Assembly (NCBI GenBank): GCA_965365465.1
Contig: CBDUBU010000002.1
Span: 1 to 50,858 of the forward strand
Direction of reading: 5' to 3'
From: an uncultured Rhodothermaceae bacterium
GTDB lineage: Bacteria > Bacteroidota > Rhodothermia > Rhodothermales > DASSAV01
Length of the DNA stretch: 50,858 nt
The translations under genes were made by a program, and so were the position numbers. The notes beneath the pieces were generated by a model. The model did not search any database. It saw only the letters and a program-made list of their open reading frames with translations, and had not been told where the DNA came from. Every line of letters begins with the position of its first letter. The stretch's first letter is position 1. Shown here one piece after another: positions 27,830 through 38,842 of this stretch.

Positions 27830-28519
27830 ATGAGGATTGATATTGTAACGGCGCTGCCGGGCATCGTTGCCGGACCTCTGGATCAGAGCATACTTCGGCG
27901 AGCGGCTGAAAAGGATAGGGTAGATATTCGGATTCATGATATTCGGCAGTATGCTGTCGGCAAGCATCGGCAGGTAGATGATATGCCCTATGGAGGCGGA
28001 GCCGGAATGGTTCTCAAACCGGAACCAATCTTCGCCTGCATCGAGCGTCTTCAGGAGGAAGCTGAACAGGCAGGGCGCAAGATAGATGAGGTGATCTATC
28101 TCACTCCGGATGGAGAAGTTCTGGATCAGAAAACTGCGAACCAGCTTTCGCTTTGTACGTGGCTGGTGCTGTTGGCCGGGCACTACAAAGGCGTAGACCA
28201 GCGCGTCCGGGATGCGCTGGTTACGCGCGAAATCTCCATCGGAGACTACGTGCTTAGTGGGGGGGAACTCCCGGCGCTCGTGCTGGTAGACGCGGTCGTT
28301 CGTTTATTGCCCGGTGTGCTGAACGATGCTACGTCGGCGCTGTCCGACTCTTTTCAGGATAGTTTACTGGATGCGCCTGCTTACACGCGGCCTGCGGTTT
28401 TCCGGGGCATGGAAGTGCCTTCCGTCTTGCTCTCCGGAGACCATAGCCAGATCGAAGGCTGGCGCGAAGAGCAGCGAATGCAGAAAACGCTGGAACGGCG
28501 TCCTGACTTGCTAGACTAG
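27830..28519 (+). CDS. trmD: tRNA (guanine37-N1)-methyltransferase TrmD
   Basis: 229 aa; [36 protein letters not shown] motifs. Confidence 0.95.
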   Translation: MRIDIVTALPGIVAGPLDQSILRRAAEKDRVDIRIHDIRQYAVGKHRQVDDMPYGGGAGMVLKPEPIFACIERLQEEAEQAGRKIDEVIYLTPDGEVLDQKTANQLSLCTWLVLLAGHYKGVDQRVRDALVTREISIGDYVLSGGELPALVLVDAVVRLLPGVLNDATSALSDSFQDSLLDAPAYTRPAVFRGMEVPSVLLSGDHSQIEGWREEQRMQKTLERRPDLLD

Positions 28520-28643
28520 ATAAGGGACTTGCAGGCCAATTGACCATTTGAAAACCATCGTCTTGCAGTCTTTGAGAGACAGAAGGCGATCCGCTATAGA
28601 TTCCCGAAACGAAAACATTGACCATAAACTTAGGAGGTGCGCC

Positions 28644-29006
28644 ATGGCTGCCGACTTGATGAGCCTGGTTGAGGCGACCCAGTACAAGGATGGATTTCCG
28701 GAATTTGCTCCCGGCGATACCATAAACGTACACGTTCGTGTGATTGAGGGTGACAAGGAACGTATCCAGCAGTACCAGGGTGTCGTAATCGGCATCCGTG
28801 GTTCCGGCGCAAGCCGAACCTTTATGGTGCGCAAGGTTTCCAACGGTGTGGGAGTAGAACGTATTTTCCCCTTCCATTCTCCGAAAATTGCAAAGGTGGA
28901 CGTAGTCCGTAAGGGCCGTGTGCGGCGCGCCAAGCTGTTTTACCTCCGCTCTTTGCGTGGCAAGGCGGCGCGTATCAAAGAAAAAATGCGTGATACGGCA
29001 GGTTGA
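28644..29006 (+). CDS. rplS: 50S ribosomal protein L19
   Basis: ATG preceded by AGGAGGTG; [29 protein letters not shown] motif. The ORF-track start at 28548 is an upstream in-frame extension. Confidence 0.95.
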   Translation: MAADLMSLVEATQYKDGFPEFAPGDTINVHVRVIEGDKERIQQYQGVVIGIRGSGASRTFMVRKVSNGVGVERIFPFHSPKIAKVDVVRKGRVRRAKLFYLRSLRGKAARIKEKMRDTAG

Positions 29007-29047
29007 TTCGAGGCGTTCAGGCAACCCAGGCTGCCTCAGCGTCCATT

Positions 29048-29083
29048 ATGCCATGCGAAACCGCCGGCTGCTTGCTCTGCCCG
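29048..29083 (+). terminator. Rho-independent terminator of the rpsP-rimM-trmD-rplS operon
   Basis: AAACCGCCGG-13-nt loop-CCGGCGGTTT followed by TTT. Confidence 0.8.
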
Positions 29084-29208
29084 GCGGTTTTTTGGCTTCG
29101 TGCAGGACTGCGGTTTTTGCGTTCTCCTGCGCGGCCACACCCTGGTCGTGACGGATAGTCTGATCCCCGCGCGGAACCCTCGCGACAAAGTCTAAACACG
29201 CTCACGTT

Positions 29209-30033
29209 ATGCATCTTGCTATCTGGGACCATCCCGTAGGTGATTTCCTTGTTTCCAGAGCGCAGGCGGAGGCGCTCCCGCTCATGGAGGTGTCGTGGCA
29301 TGATGCCGGTACATGCGAAGCCTTGCTGGAGGAGGGCCTGGTCGATGTTGCGATGCTGCCTGCCCTTACGGTGCTGCTTCACACCGATCAGTATGACGTG
29401 TTGCCGGGGGTGGCGTTTTCCTCGTGGAAATACCCTTTTGCGGTATTGGCCTTGAAAAAAGGGCTGGCGCATCCCACCCGTCAGGTTGCCTTCAACCCTG
29501 CTTTTGCGCAGGAAGCCTTTGTTGCGCGGGTGGTGCTCGGAGAGCATTACGGCTCGTCTCCTGACTTTGTGGCCTCTGTGGAGGGATCGAAAAAACAGCA
29601 TACCGAAGAGCCGGAGGATGCAGCTTTGCTGGTGGAAAATAGGCAGCCTCTGATCTCACCAGGCGATGCCATTATGCTGGATCTTGGGCAAGAATGGTTC
29701 GAACTCACGAACTATCCCATGGTATGGGGGCTTTTTGCCGTGAGAAAGGAGGAAGGAAGTCCTCAAATGATACAGGCCATGCTGGACCTGATCGCAGAAG
29801 CCGAACGGCTGCGTGAGGAAAAGATTCAGGAGATGAATAGCTTGTCGCGGCTGGAGACATTTATCACAGATGACCTGCGCATCCGCCTTGATGATCTTGC
29901 CGTAGCCAGCCTGACGGAACTGTCTCAGTACATGTTCTATTATAAACTGGTCGACGAAGTCCCGGATTTGCCTTTGATTGCTATCAAGGATGAGGAGTAT
30001 GACGGGGAAGAAGACGAGGATATGTTCCTTTAA
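29209..30033 (+). CDS. MqnA/MqnD-like (periplasmic-binding-fold, menaquinone-via-futalosine family) protein with acidic C-terminal tail
   Basis: 274 aa. The pattern L..GLVDVAMLPA...YDVLPGVAFSS...VLAL resembles the VitK2_biosynth family. Assignment by resemblance only. Confidence 0.45.
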   Translation: MHLAIWDHPVGDFLVSRAQAEALPLMEVSWHDAGTCEALLEEGLVDVAMLPALTVLLHTDQYDVLPGVAFSSWKYPFAVLALKKGLAHPTRQVAFNPAFAQEAFVARVVLGEHYGSSPDFVASVEGSKKQHTEEPEDAALLVENRQPLISPGDAIMLDLGQEWFELTNYPMVWGLFAVRKEEGSPQMIQAMLDLIAEAERLREEKIQEMNSLSRLETFITDDLRIRLDDLAVASLTELSQYMFYYKLVDEVPDLPLIAIKDEEYDGEEDEDMFL

Positions 30034-30125
30034 GGAAGCAGCATTACGCGAAGACAGGGCGCGCATGGCCTTACGAATTTCTCTCTGTACATACGCTATG
30101 ACACGATTTTACGGGGTGGCGCTTT

Positions 30126-30590
30126 ATGGGTGAAGGCGTGAAAATCATCACGACCAACCGCAAGGCGCGTTATGAGTACCATATCGATGACACGCTTGAG
30201 GCGGGCCTGGTGCTGACGGGCACCGAAGTGAAGTCCCTTCGGGAGGGCAGGGCTAACCTGCAGGATGCCTTCTGCACGGTGAAGGACGGCGAAATGGTCC
30301 TTCTCAACTTCCATATTTCCCCCTATAGCCACGGCAATCTTTTCAACCACGAACCTGTTCGGCCTCGGAAGCTGCTCTTGCATCGGCGAGAGATCGCAAA
30401 ATGGGCAAAGGCTTCCCAGCAAAAAGGGTACACGATTATTCCCCTGAAAGTGTATTTCAAGAACGGCTTTGCCAAGGTGGAAATCGGGTTGGCGCGGGGC
30501 AAAAAGCTTTATGATAAACGCGAGGACATTGCCGAACGCGAGACGAAGCGCAGGCTTGAGCGCGTCATGCGTGGCGCTTCTCCATCCTGA
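30126..30590 (+). CDS. smpB: SsrA-binding protein SmpB
   Basis: 154 aa; NRKARYEYHI, GTEVKSLR, HISPY motifs. Confidence 0.95.
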   Translation: MGEGVKIITTNRKARYEYHIDDTLEAGLVLTGTEVKSLREGRANLQDAFCTVKDGEMVLLNFHISPYSHGNLFNHEPVRPRKLLLHRREIAKWAKASQQKGYTIIPLKVYFKNGFAKVEIGLARGKKLYDKREDIAERETKRRLERVMRGASPS

Positions 30591-30696
30591 TTCTACTTTC
30601 GTCTGAATCTCCGGCGCGTCAGGGTATAGGGTCTCTGATTCACAGTATGCATCTACTGGAGCAAATCCGCAGTTTATAACCTCTGTTGAGAAATAC

Positions 30697-31926
30697 ATGG
30701 CGACTTTTCCACCCATCGAGGAACAGCTTAATCACATCACACGCGGTGTCGAGGAAGTGCTCCCGCAAGAAGCCCTTCTCGAAAAGCTCAAAAAGGCGCA
30801 ACGCACGGGCAGGCCGCTCATCGTGAAACTTGGTTGCGATCCGAGCCGCCCGGATCTGCATCTGGGGCATTCGGTGGTGCTGCGTAAACTGCGCCAGTTC
30901 CAGGATCTGGGCCATCAAGCCGTTCTCATCGTTGGTGATTTTACCGGCATGATCGGCGACCCCTCCGGTCGTTCAAAAACACGCCCACCCCTGACGCTGG
31001 AGGAAACGCGTGAAAATGGCCGCTCCTATTTCGAGCAAGCATCGAAAATTCTGGATCCGGAAAAGACCCATATACGGTACAACTCGGAATGGCTCGGGCT
31101 GATGGACTTTCGCTCGGTGATCGAACTGGCGGGCAAATACACGGTAGCCCGTATGATGGAGCGGGACGAGTTTGAAAAGCGATACAAAGCCGGGGAGCCT
31201 ATCGGCGTTCACGAATTTCTTTACCCGCTTGCCCAGGCCCAGGATTCAGTAGCCATCCAGTCTGACATCGAACTCGGCGGCACCGATCAGAAGTTTAACC
31301 TGCTGGTCGGACGCGACGTGCAGCAGGCATACGGCCTGGAGCCGCAGGTGTGCCTTACAATGCCTATTCTGGCCGGTACAGACGGCGTTGAGAAGATGTC
31401 GAAATCGCTCGACAACTACATCGGCATTACCGAACCTCCACAGGAGATGTATGGAAAGACGCTCTCTATCCCCGATGCTCTCATTTTTCAGTATTTCGAA
31501 CTGGCTACGACTGTGGAAACGACAGAACTTCCCAACTTGAAGCTGCTTTCCGAAAGAGATCCGCGCAACGCCAAGCACCGGCTGGCGTGGACGCTGGTTC
31601 GTATGTATCACGGAGAGGAAGCGGCAAATGCCGCGCGCGATCATTTCGAGCGGACGATCGTCCGGGGGGAAGCGCCCACCGACATCGAAGAGTTCATCCC
31701 ACAGGCAGAGCAGGAGAGTCGGATCGGATTGCTGAGCCTGCTGACCCAGTCCGGTATGTCCTCTTCTAACAGCGAGGCGCGGCGGCTGGTTCAGCAAGGC
31801 GCTGTTTCTATAGACGGAGAAAAGGTTACAGATGCGCTGGAAGAGATTGATCTGTCCTCCCGCGCTCCGTTTGTGCTGAAAGTAGGGAAGCGCAAGTATG
31901 CCAGAGTGATCTGGAACGGGCATTGA
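30697..31926 (+). CDS. tyrS: Tyrosine--tRNA ligase
   Basis: 409 aa; HIGH-type motif (DLHLGH), KMSKS loop, C-terminal S4-like domain. Confidence 0.95.
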   Translation: MATFPPIEEQLNHITRGVEEVLPQEALLEKLKKAQRTGRPLIVKLGCDPSRPDLHLGHSVVLRKLRQFQDLGHQAVLIVGDFTGMIGDPSGRSKTRPPLTLEETRENGRSYFEQASKILDPEKTHIRYNSEWLGLMDFRSVIELAGKYTVARMMERDEFEKRYKAGEPIGVHEFLYPLAQAQDSVAIQSDIELGGTDQKFNLLVGRDVQQAYGLEPQVCLTMPILAGTDGVEKMSKSLDNYIGITEPPQEMYGKTLSIPDALIFQYFELATTVETTELPNLKLLSERDPRNAKHRLAWTLVRMYHGEEAANAARDHFERTIVRGEAPTDIEEFIPQAEQESRIGLLSLLTQSGMSSSNSEARRLVQQGAVSIDGEKVTDALEEIDLSSRAPFVLKVGKRKYARVIWNGH

Positions 31927-32056
31927 ACGTTTGGCCGGAAGCGTCGGCGCGTTGAGCACAGGGGGCAGGTTTTGCCGGAACAGCCTGTTTTTCCCGACAT
32001 ATACTGCGTGATCCCTGTGGCATTTCTTTTCCTTGCATCACGAGCCCCTGACGGCC

Positions 32057-34477
32057 ATGAGACGCTTCGCAGTGTTCGCAACATTGGCGCTTGCCCCCCT
32101 TCTGGCGCCCGCATCAGCTTTCTGCCAGTCGGAAAGTAGTTTGCTGGAACGCGGACAGACTGCATTTCGAGAAGCCCGGTACGAGGAAGCAGCCCGGATT
32201 CTTGAGCAGGCATCCGCCGAAGACCCGCTGAATGCCGAAGCGCATTACCTGCTGGCGCGACTCTATACGGAAACGCCGCTGCAGAACCGCAAGAAAGCTG
32301 AATCGTCTCTGGAGGCAGCGCTCAATATTGAGCCTGACAACGTGCAGTTTCTGGTGGCAAGGCTTGACCAGCTTCGCGCCGACTCATGGAATTTCATCAC
32401 GGATCGCATCAGAGAGATAAAGCGATCTCTGATAGCCGGCAAAATTCTCGAAATAGATCCGGAAAATGCTTTTGCCCATGAGGAGATGGGCGTCATCTAC
32501 ATCCATGACTTCTGGAAGTATCGTAATGCCTTGATGGCCCCTATTCTCCAGGGGGGGGTGGGAAGCCTGGATGAATCAGAGCGGGTCTCACAGCAGGTCG
32601 CTCAAGAGATGGACGAAACCTATGATCCGGGGTCGCCCTTTGCGCCAGGGTCCGTCTTTCTGGCGGATCGCTTTGACATGCAGGCTTTGGAAGCGCTTGA
32701 CGTTCCCGTGCGAGACCTGAGCGGCAGGGCCGAACGCGCCTATGAGCACGCTATCGGGCATTTGCATCAAGCATTGGCGTCCGATCCCCGTCGTCGGACA
32801 GTGTACGACCATCTGATGCGCATATACGCGCTGAAGGGCGAGTACGAAGACGCGCTGCAGATGCTGCAGCAAATGTATATCCATTATGCAGAGGATCCGA
32901 GCCTCTGGACGTATCTCGGGCTGGCCCATTACCGGCAGGGCCAAATGGAGGCGGCCTCGAAGAGTTTTGAGACGGGCTTCAGATACATGATGCCCGACGT
33001 TCAGGAAGCATACCAGAACCTGGATGACATTCTTCCGGACGATGAGAAAAAGCAATACAAGGAAGATCCGGTAGCCTATGCCTCACGATTCTGGACGAGC
33101 AAGGATCCGCGTCACCTGACCCCCTATAATGAGAGGAAACTGGAGCATTTTGCGCGGCTCACCTATGCAGACCTGCTTTACGGCGCTCCTGATCTCAATC
33201 TGCGAGGCTGGCAGACAGAGCGCGGCCAGATTCTGGTAAGATACGGCTTGCCCAGGATTGACGCCGTGATTGTCCCAAGCCAGGCCCCGACCAGAAATGC
33301 ATGGAATGATCTGTCGAGCGACCTGGAGGCGCCGGAGCAGCAAAGCATAACCGGTACTGCCGTACAGTTCGTCCCTGTGGCAACGGCGGATCCTACCAAC
33401 GCCCTCGCGCTCAAGTCGCAGTTGGAAGAATTCGATATGCCGGGTGAGATGAATACGTTCAACATCTGGGATTATGGCGATTTTAAGTTCGTCTTTGAAG
33501 ATCCGTTCCGGAACGGTGAATACAGGTTATACAGCCCCTCCGCTCAGGATATTGCAGGCGGTATGGAGGCGTGGCTGAACGACTACGTTCTCAGGGCGCG
33601 AGAGACGTTTCGCAAGCTTCCGGACAGGTATGAATACAGGTCTCCTGCACGCCAGATAGAGATGCCTTATACCGTCAACGCTTTCAAGGGAGCCGGGAAC
33701 GAAACGGATCTCTATGTTCACTATGGCATCCCCATTGTCGGGTTTGATCCATCGAAGGAAATGGTTGAACTGACCGCTAACCTGGGGACTTTCCTCATCA
33801 ATGAGAGCAGAGACATCCTGGTGGAGCGGCGCCGCACAATTTACGGGCTTCAGACAGCGCAGATCATACCGTTCGAGCAGACAAACCTGTGGGTGGATTC
33901 GCAACAAATGACGGCGCCGCCGGGAGAACAGGAAATCAGCGTTGAGTTTGAAACGGCGGGTGGTGGAACGGTAGCTGTGCAGCGGAAAGAGGTGACGGTT
34001 CCGGATTTTACCACAAACCGGCTAGCTCTCAGCGACCTGCTGCTGGCCTATCGCGTGGAAGAGTCCCCGGAGGGGGCTCCGGCGCAGGCTGGGGATGTGG
34101 TGCGGCATGGCTTCTCTATCTCGCCTGCACCCTGGAGCGTTTTTCCAAACGGACGACCTATCTATCTGTATTTCGAGGCCTATCATCTGGCGCAAGATGA
34201 GAATGGCAAAACGGACTATGAAGTAGAGGTCTTGCTAACGCCCCAGGATGAGGCAAAGGGAATCGGCAGGCTTTTCAAAGGACTTTTCGGGAGAGGCAAA
34301 GGCGTATCCGTTCGCTACTCCGGAAGCGGATCCGTCTCTGACGAGGCGCAATACCAGATTCTGGACGCGCAGGGCAGATCGCCCGGAGCCTATACAGTGC
34401 TGCTGCATCTGCGAGATAATATCGCCAGGAAAACGGTCGTTTCCCAGAAGGAACTTTATCTGGATGCCGGGCAGTAG
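32057..34477 (+). CDS. TPR-repeat / GWxTD-domain protein, secreted
   Basis: Signal peptide (MRRFAVFATLALAPLLAPASAF), N-terminal TPR-like repeats, and the GWxTD signature GWQTERGQILVRYGLP. The frame is open from a TTG at 32033. Confidence 0.8.
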   Translation: MRRFAVFATLALAPLLAPASAFCQSESSLLERGQTAFREARYEEAARILEQASAEDPLNAEAHYLLARLYTETPLQNRKKAESSLEAALNIEPDNVQFLVARLDQLRADSWNFITDRIREIKRSLIAGKILEIDPENAFAHEEMGVIYIHDFWKYRNALMAPILQGGVGSLDESERVSQQVAQEMDETYDPGSPFAPGSVFLADRFDMQALEALDVPVRDLSGRAERAYEHAIGHLHQALASDPRRRTVYDHLMRIYALKGEYEDALQMLQQMYIHYAEDPSLWTYLGLAHYRQGQMEAASKSFETGFRYMMPDVQEAYQNLDDILPDDEKKQYKEDPVAYASRFWTSKDPRHLTPYNERKLEHFARLTYADLLYGAPDLNLRGWQTERGQILVRYGLPRIDAVIVPSQAPTRNAWNDLSSDLEAPEQQSITGTAVQFVPVATADPTNALALKSQLEEFDMPGEMNTFNIWDYGDFKFVFEDPFRNGEYRLYSPSAQDIAGGMEAWLNDYVLRARETFRKLPDRYEYRSPARQIEMPYTVNAFKGAGNETDLYVHYGIPIVGFDPSKEMVELTANLGTFLINESRDILVERRRTIYGLQTAQIIPFEQTNLWVDSQQMTAPPGEQEISVEFETAGGGTVAVQRKEVTVPDFTTNRLALSDLLLAYRVEESPEGAPAQAGDVVRHGFSISPAPWSVFPNGRPIYLYFEAYHLAQDENGKTDYEVEVLLTPQDEAKGIGRLFKGLFGRGKGVSVRYSGSGSVSDEAQYQILDAQGRSPGAYTVLLHLRDNIARKTVVSQKELYLDAGQ

Positions 34478-34495
34478 GAGCCGGGATTCCCTGCC

Positions 34496-35017
34496 CTACG
34501 CCTGGCCTGTTCCTCCAGCAGCCTGCTGGACACGCGCGTCCATTTCCAGCACCTTCTCGATAAGGGTTTTCTTATAGTCGATCATCTTCTGCAAGAGGGC
34601 CGGATCGCTTGCGCCGAGAATCTGGATCGCCAGCAAACCGGCGTTTTTAGCTGCGCCAATGGCAAGTGTGCCCACCGGCACGCCGCCTGGCATCTGAACG
34701 ACGGATAGCAAAGAGTCAATTCCTTTCAGGAAGCGGGTAGGAACCGGAACGCCCAGCACGGGCAGGGGGGTTCCGGCCGCAATCATGCCAGGCAGATGCG
34801 CGGCTCCTCCTGCGCCTGCAATAATCACTTTCAGCCCGCGTTCGTGGGCTGCTTCTGCATATTCCAGCATGGCGCGAGGCGTCCGATGCGCAGAAAGCAC
34901 TCGTATCTCAAAGGGCACGCCAAACTCACGCATTATTTCGGCTGCTTCCTGCATGACGGGCAGATCCGATTCGCTGCCCATAGCGATTCCTACCAGGGGC
35001 TTTTTTTCGTCAGTCAT
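34496..35017 (-). CDS. purE: N5-carboxyaminoimidazole ribonucleotide mutase PurE
   Basis: 173 aa; [14 protein letters not shown] and [10 protein letters not shown] motifs. Confidence 0.95.
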   Translation of the reverse strand: MTDEKKPLVGIAMGSESDLPVMQEAAEIMREFGVPFEIRVLSAHRTPRAMLEYAEAAHERGLKVIIAGAGGAAHLPGMIAAGTPLPVLGVPVPTRFLKGIDSLLSVVQMPGGVPVGTLAIGAAKNAGLLAIQILGASDPALLQKMIDYKKTLIEKVLEMDARVQQAAGGTGQA

Positions 35018-35065
35018 TTTTTTGTTATCGATGGTACAGGTGCGGTAAAACCGCTTACCCCGGCG

Positions 35066-36208
35066 CTACAGGCGAAGCAGGGAGGACGCTTTTTCGGCGC
35101 GGCTGCGCGCTTCCTCGCGTTCCCAGCCGGTTATGGTAACGTGCCCCATTTTACGTTTTTCCCGAACCTCTTTTTTGCCATACAGATGGATTGCTGCGCC
35201 GGGCACGGAAAGGGCCTCTTGCATCCCTTCGGCTTGCAAGAGGCCGTCTCGTTGCCCGAGAATGTTTACCATGACAGCTACCGGTTCCCGCAAGGCGGGG
35301 CTGCCCAGGGGCCATCCAAGAATAGCCCGAACATGGTTTTCAAACTGGGATGTATAACACCCCTCGATTGAATAGTGACCGGTGTTGTGAGGGCGCGGTG
35401 CGAGTTCATTAATCAATAGTTGCCCGTTTTCCAACTCAAACATTTCAACGGCAGTTAGCCCCACTCCTCCTACGGCCTCTACGGCGGCCAGCCCGATCTG
35501 CTGTGCTTCTGCGGCCACAGCCGAACTGATGGCAGCCGGTACGATAACTGCATGGCACCGGTGGTCGCGCTGCTCCGTATGCGCAACCGGGTAGATCACA
35601 TGGTCGCCGCTCGGGCTGCGGGCGACCAGCACCGCCAGTTCCCGGACGAATGGCGCCCATGCCTCCACGAGCAACCCATCTTCTGCTGCGAGGCGGGTCC
35701 AGGCGGGCTGCAAGCCTTCCACGCCTTCCACAGTGGCATTGCCGTATCCATCGTAGGAGCCACGCAGTTGTTTAAAGAGAACCGGATATCCGAATCTCGC
35801 AGCAGCCTCTTCGGCCTCATCCAGGGTCTTGCATAGCGCATAATCCGGAATGGGAAGTCCTGCTTCGCGCAAGCACTGCTTCTGAACGCCTTTGTCACGG
35901 ATGGTCTTAATCGTGAGCGAGGAGGGCCAGAGAGCGGTTTCCGGCGGAAGGACATCTGCCATCAAGTCAGCGGGCGCCCATTCGCTTTCGACAGTTACGA
36001 CCGTACACCCGGAAGCGAAAGCTCGCAGCACGTTCTTGTCTGTCCAGTCAGCGACAGTTGTGGCGCCGAGTCCGTCAATGGGGCCGGCCGGTTCGGGAAC
36101 CAGAAAACGGATCTGTATCCCCATACGGATGGCTGCCAGGGCCGTCATCCGGCCCAATTGTCCACCGCCCAGGATTCCTACCGTTGGCAGTGCAATGAAG
36201 GCTTGCAT
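35066..36208 (-). CDS. purK: N5-carboxyaminoimidazole ribonucleotide synthase PurK
   Basis: ATP-grasp protein with N-terminal VGILGGGQLGRM; upstream of purE. ATG at 36208 is preferred over the TTG at 36253. Confidence 0.92.
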   Translation of the reverse strand: MQAFIALPTVGILGGGQLGRMTALAAIRMGIQIRFLVPEPAGPIDGLGATTVADWTDKNVLRAFASGCTVVTVESEWAPADLMADVLPPETALWPSSLTIKTIRDKGVQKQCLREAGLPIPDYALCKTLDEAEEAAARFGYPVLFKQLRGSYDGYGNATVEGVEGLQPAWTRLAAEDGLLVEAWAPFVRELAVLVARSPSGDHVIYPVAHTEQRDHRCHAVIVPAAISSAVAAEAQQIGLAAVEAVGGVGLTAVEMFELENGQLLINELAPRPHNTGHYSIEGCYTSQFENHVRAILGWPLGSPALREPVAVMVNILGQRDGLLQAEGMQEALSVPGAAIHLYGKKEVREKRKMGHVTITGWEREEARSRAEKASSLLRL

Positions 36209-36529
36209 AGATCGAAAGGGTTTGTGCTCGGATTTCGCAGGGAAAATAGGCAACCCTGATTTTAACCGCAGCTATCCGCAAAGAAACTTTGCAAGCATCT
36301 TCCAGCAAACAAACTGATTTTCGTGTGGGCAAATCCCTTACGCCGTGTGAGGCGGATCGCTTACATGCGCGTGCGGGGAAGTCTGGCAGGAGATTGATTG
36401 ACGCTTTCGTACCTATAGTCCGTAAGCCTGAAGAAGGTCATGAGCCTTTCAAATGATATAAGCGGTTTTGAAGGGCAAATGTTGAAGGCCGGCGCAGGTT
36501 TCTTGCCGCCGGTATAGCCTGGGAGCGTA

Positions 36530-37519
36530 ATGCGTGCTATAAAAACGATTCTGGTACCGACTGACTTCTCCATGTGCGCGCAGGCGGCCCTTCTGCACGC
36601 CTATCAACTTGCCGAGCATTTCCAGGCCGAATTGCATCTGATGCATGTCATAGAAGGGGTCCGGGATGAGGCTACTGCTTCATTCCGGCTGGATTCCTGT
36701 CCTGCGTCGATCTCGATCAAGCCTGTCCATAACGGCAACAGCCCGAAATCGGCCTCGTTGCCCGGCGTATCCCTGCACCGGGTTATGGAACAAGGCCAGG
36801 AAGCAGCGCAGGCGATTCTCGCATATGCGCGTGAGCATCACGCCGGCATGATTGTGATGGGCGCTCACGGAGATGCAGGCGCAAACCGTTTCCTCGCAAG
36901 CGGGATGAACTATCTGCTTACAGGCAGTACGACTGAGCAGGTTGTCCAGAAGGCGTCATGCCCCGTTTTTGCAGTCGGGCTTCGGTGCGGCAGGTTTCCC
37001 GGGTTGGTGCGGCGCATCCTGGCCCCTGTCGATTTTTCAGGCTATTCAGCCCTTTCGGTGTGGTACGGAAAACAACTCGCCCGGCTTTACAATGCCCGCC
37101 TGGAGTTGCTGCACGTCATCGAAGCGCCGCCGGCGTTTTCGGCTAACGGATGCCTCGATGTATCTCAGGACTACGGGACACTGGTGACCTGCGTGAAACA
37201 GAAACTGCAACAGCTTCTCGATGAGACCGAGGGGCCGGACGTTCCCGCCGATCTGCACGTCGCACAGGGCCGTCCCTCTGATGAGATACCGGCCTATGCG
37301 GAGCGGAACGACATACAACTCATCGTTCTCGGATCGCATGGTCAGCACGGGAAAGAGCAACTACCGCTCGGCAGCGAGAGCGAACAAATTGCCCGTATGG
37401 CTTCTTTCCCGCTGTTCATGGTAAGAGATGCTTCTGTGCGGACGGTCGAAAACCGCCCTGAGGTTGGGGAAATCCTGTCAATGCCTTACCTGACGGCCTC
37501 ACAGGCGGAAGCTTGCTGA
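36530..37519 (+). CDS. Tandem universal stress protein (two UspA domains)
   Basis: 329 aa; two repeats each starting ILVPTDFS / ILAPVDFS and ending in G.HG...G-type ATP-binding loops. Confidence 0.85.
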   Translation: MRAIKTILVPTDFSMCAQAALLHAYQLAEHFQAELHLMHVIEGVRDEATASFRLDSCPASISIKPVHNGNSPKSASLPGVSLHRVMEQGQEAAQAILAYAREHHAGMIVMGAHGDAGANRFLASGMNYLLTGSTTEQVVQKASCPVFAVGLRCGRFPGLVRRILAPVDFSGYSALSVWYGKQLARLYNARLELLHVIEAPPAFSANGCLDVSQDYGTLVTCVKQKLQQLLDETEGPDVPADLHVAQGRPSDEIPAYAERNDIQLIVLGSHGQHGKEQLPLGSESEQIARMASFPLFMVRDASVRTVENRPEVGEILSMPYLTASQAEAC

Positions 37520-37637
37520 ACGGTTTTCTCGTTTTGCCGTTCCGGCTTTCCTGCAAAACAGAATGCTGCCGATCCATCACGGCACAGAACAAACCGTGTG
37601 TTGAATCATATGCGGCAGGCATGGAACCTTTCAGGAT

Positions 37638-38240
37638 ATGTCTGACACATACCTTGCTCTTGCAACACGGGCGCGCACGGAGATTAAAGTTAAGGGGTCT
37701 CGTTTCATCGCTGAAGCAATTCCAGTGATCTCTGAAGAGGAAGCCGGCGCGGAGATAGATCTCATACAGCGGCGAGAATTCAGCGCCGCCCATCGTTGTA
37801 CGGCGTACCGGTTGGGGCCGGAGGGCGCCGTTTTCCGGTACAATGATGACGGTGAGCCCTCCGGGACGGCCGGAGCGCCTATCCTGCGGCAGATCGATGC
37901 CCGCGCTTTGACCAACACACTGGTGGTGGTGACCCGGTATTTCGGGGGCGTCAAGCTTGGAACCGGCGGCCTCATCCGGGCTTACGGAGAGGCCGCTTCA
38001 GCCGTGCTTGACGAAGGCGCCATTGAGCAGCATGTGGTTCGTCTTCCCGTTTCCCTGACATTCGATTATGCGGATACCTCGCCTGCCATGCATACGATAG
38101 GCCGCTTCGATGCCATCGTTGCAGAAACACAGTATACGGACGTGACGAGCGTGGTGGTGGAGGTTCGGCGTTCTCAGGCAGCCGCGTTTATAGATGCGTT
38201 CGTAGAAGCGCTCTCCGGGCGCGGCGCCGCTGCTATTTGA
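37638..38240 (+). CDS. yigZ: YigZ/IMPACT-family protein (UPF0029)
   Basis: 200 aa; KGSRFIA, AHRCTAYRL, DDGEPSGTAG, VVVTRYFGG motifs. Confidence 0.85.
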   Translation: MSDTYLALATRARTEIKVKGSRFIAEAIPVISEEEAGAEIDLIQRREFSAAHRCTAYRLGPEGAVFRYNDDGEPSGTAGAPILRQIDARALTNTLVVVTRYFGGVKLGTGGLIRAYGEAASAVLDEGAIEQHVVRLPVSLTFDYADTSPAMHTIGRFDAIVAETQYTDVTSVVVEVRRSQAAAFIDAFVEALSGRGAAAI

Positions 38241-38246
38241 GCGCGA

Positions 38247-38687
38247 TCAGACTTTAAACTGCTTCATGGCGCTAACCGCCATGCGATCAACGCGGTTGTT
38301 GAGTTCGTCGTCGGCATGTCCCTTTACCTTGATCCATTGAATATGGTGTCGGGAGGTGTGTTTGAGCAGCAATTCCCACAGATCCCTGTTTTCGACGGGT
38401 TTTTTTGCTGCGGTTTTCCATCCGTTGCGCTGCCACCGTTCAAGCCAGCCCTCGGTGAATGCGCGGAGCATATATGCGCTGTCCGTAAAAATGGAAATCT
38501 TGCAGGGTTCCGTGAGCGCCTTTAGCGCCTCCAGCGCAGCCGTCAGCTCCATACGGTTGTTCGTGGTGAGCGGCTCTGCGCCCGATAGTTCCCGTTCGTG
38601 TGCGCCATGCTTGAGCAGCGCAGCCCATCCGCCGGGACCCGGATTTCCGCTGCACGCGCCATCGGTGTAAATTGTAACGTGTTTCAA
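38247..38687 (-). CDS. rnhA: Ribonuclease HI
   Basis: TDGACSGNPGPGGW, NNRMELTA, FTDS, KVKGHADDELNNRVD motifs. A probable TTG start at 38687 gives about 146 aa. The 24-aa upstream extension to 38759 does not look like RNase H. Confidence 0.9.
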   Translation of the reverse strand: MKHVTIYTDGACSGNPGPGGWAALLKHGAHERELSGAEPLTTNNRMELTAALEALKALTEPCKISIFTDSAYMLRAFTEGWLERWQRNGWKTAAKKPVENRDLWELLLKHTSRHHIQWIKVKGHADDELNNRVDRMAVSAMKQFKV

Positions 38688-38842
38688 AAGAGGGGTCAGA
38701 ACAAGAGGTGAGAAGTATACAAGGCGCCAAACATACACCATACGACGCATTCGTTCCAATTCAGGTGCGGTTGTATTGACCGAAAACCCCGACAGATACA
38801 GAACGTTTACCTGTCCGGAGCACTAAAAATGAGCAAGCAAGA

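Noticed and set aside
28548-28643. N-terminal extensions in the ORF track: rplS from 28548, hisS from 45909, rnhA to 38759, deacetylase to 50799, dprA from 39910, purK to 36253, GH130 to 9024
   Set aside because: The extensions use TTG or other weak starts, overlap the neighbouring gene or add non-homologous residues. Internal ATG/GTG/TTG starts with SD-like sites give canonical protein N-termini.
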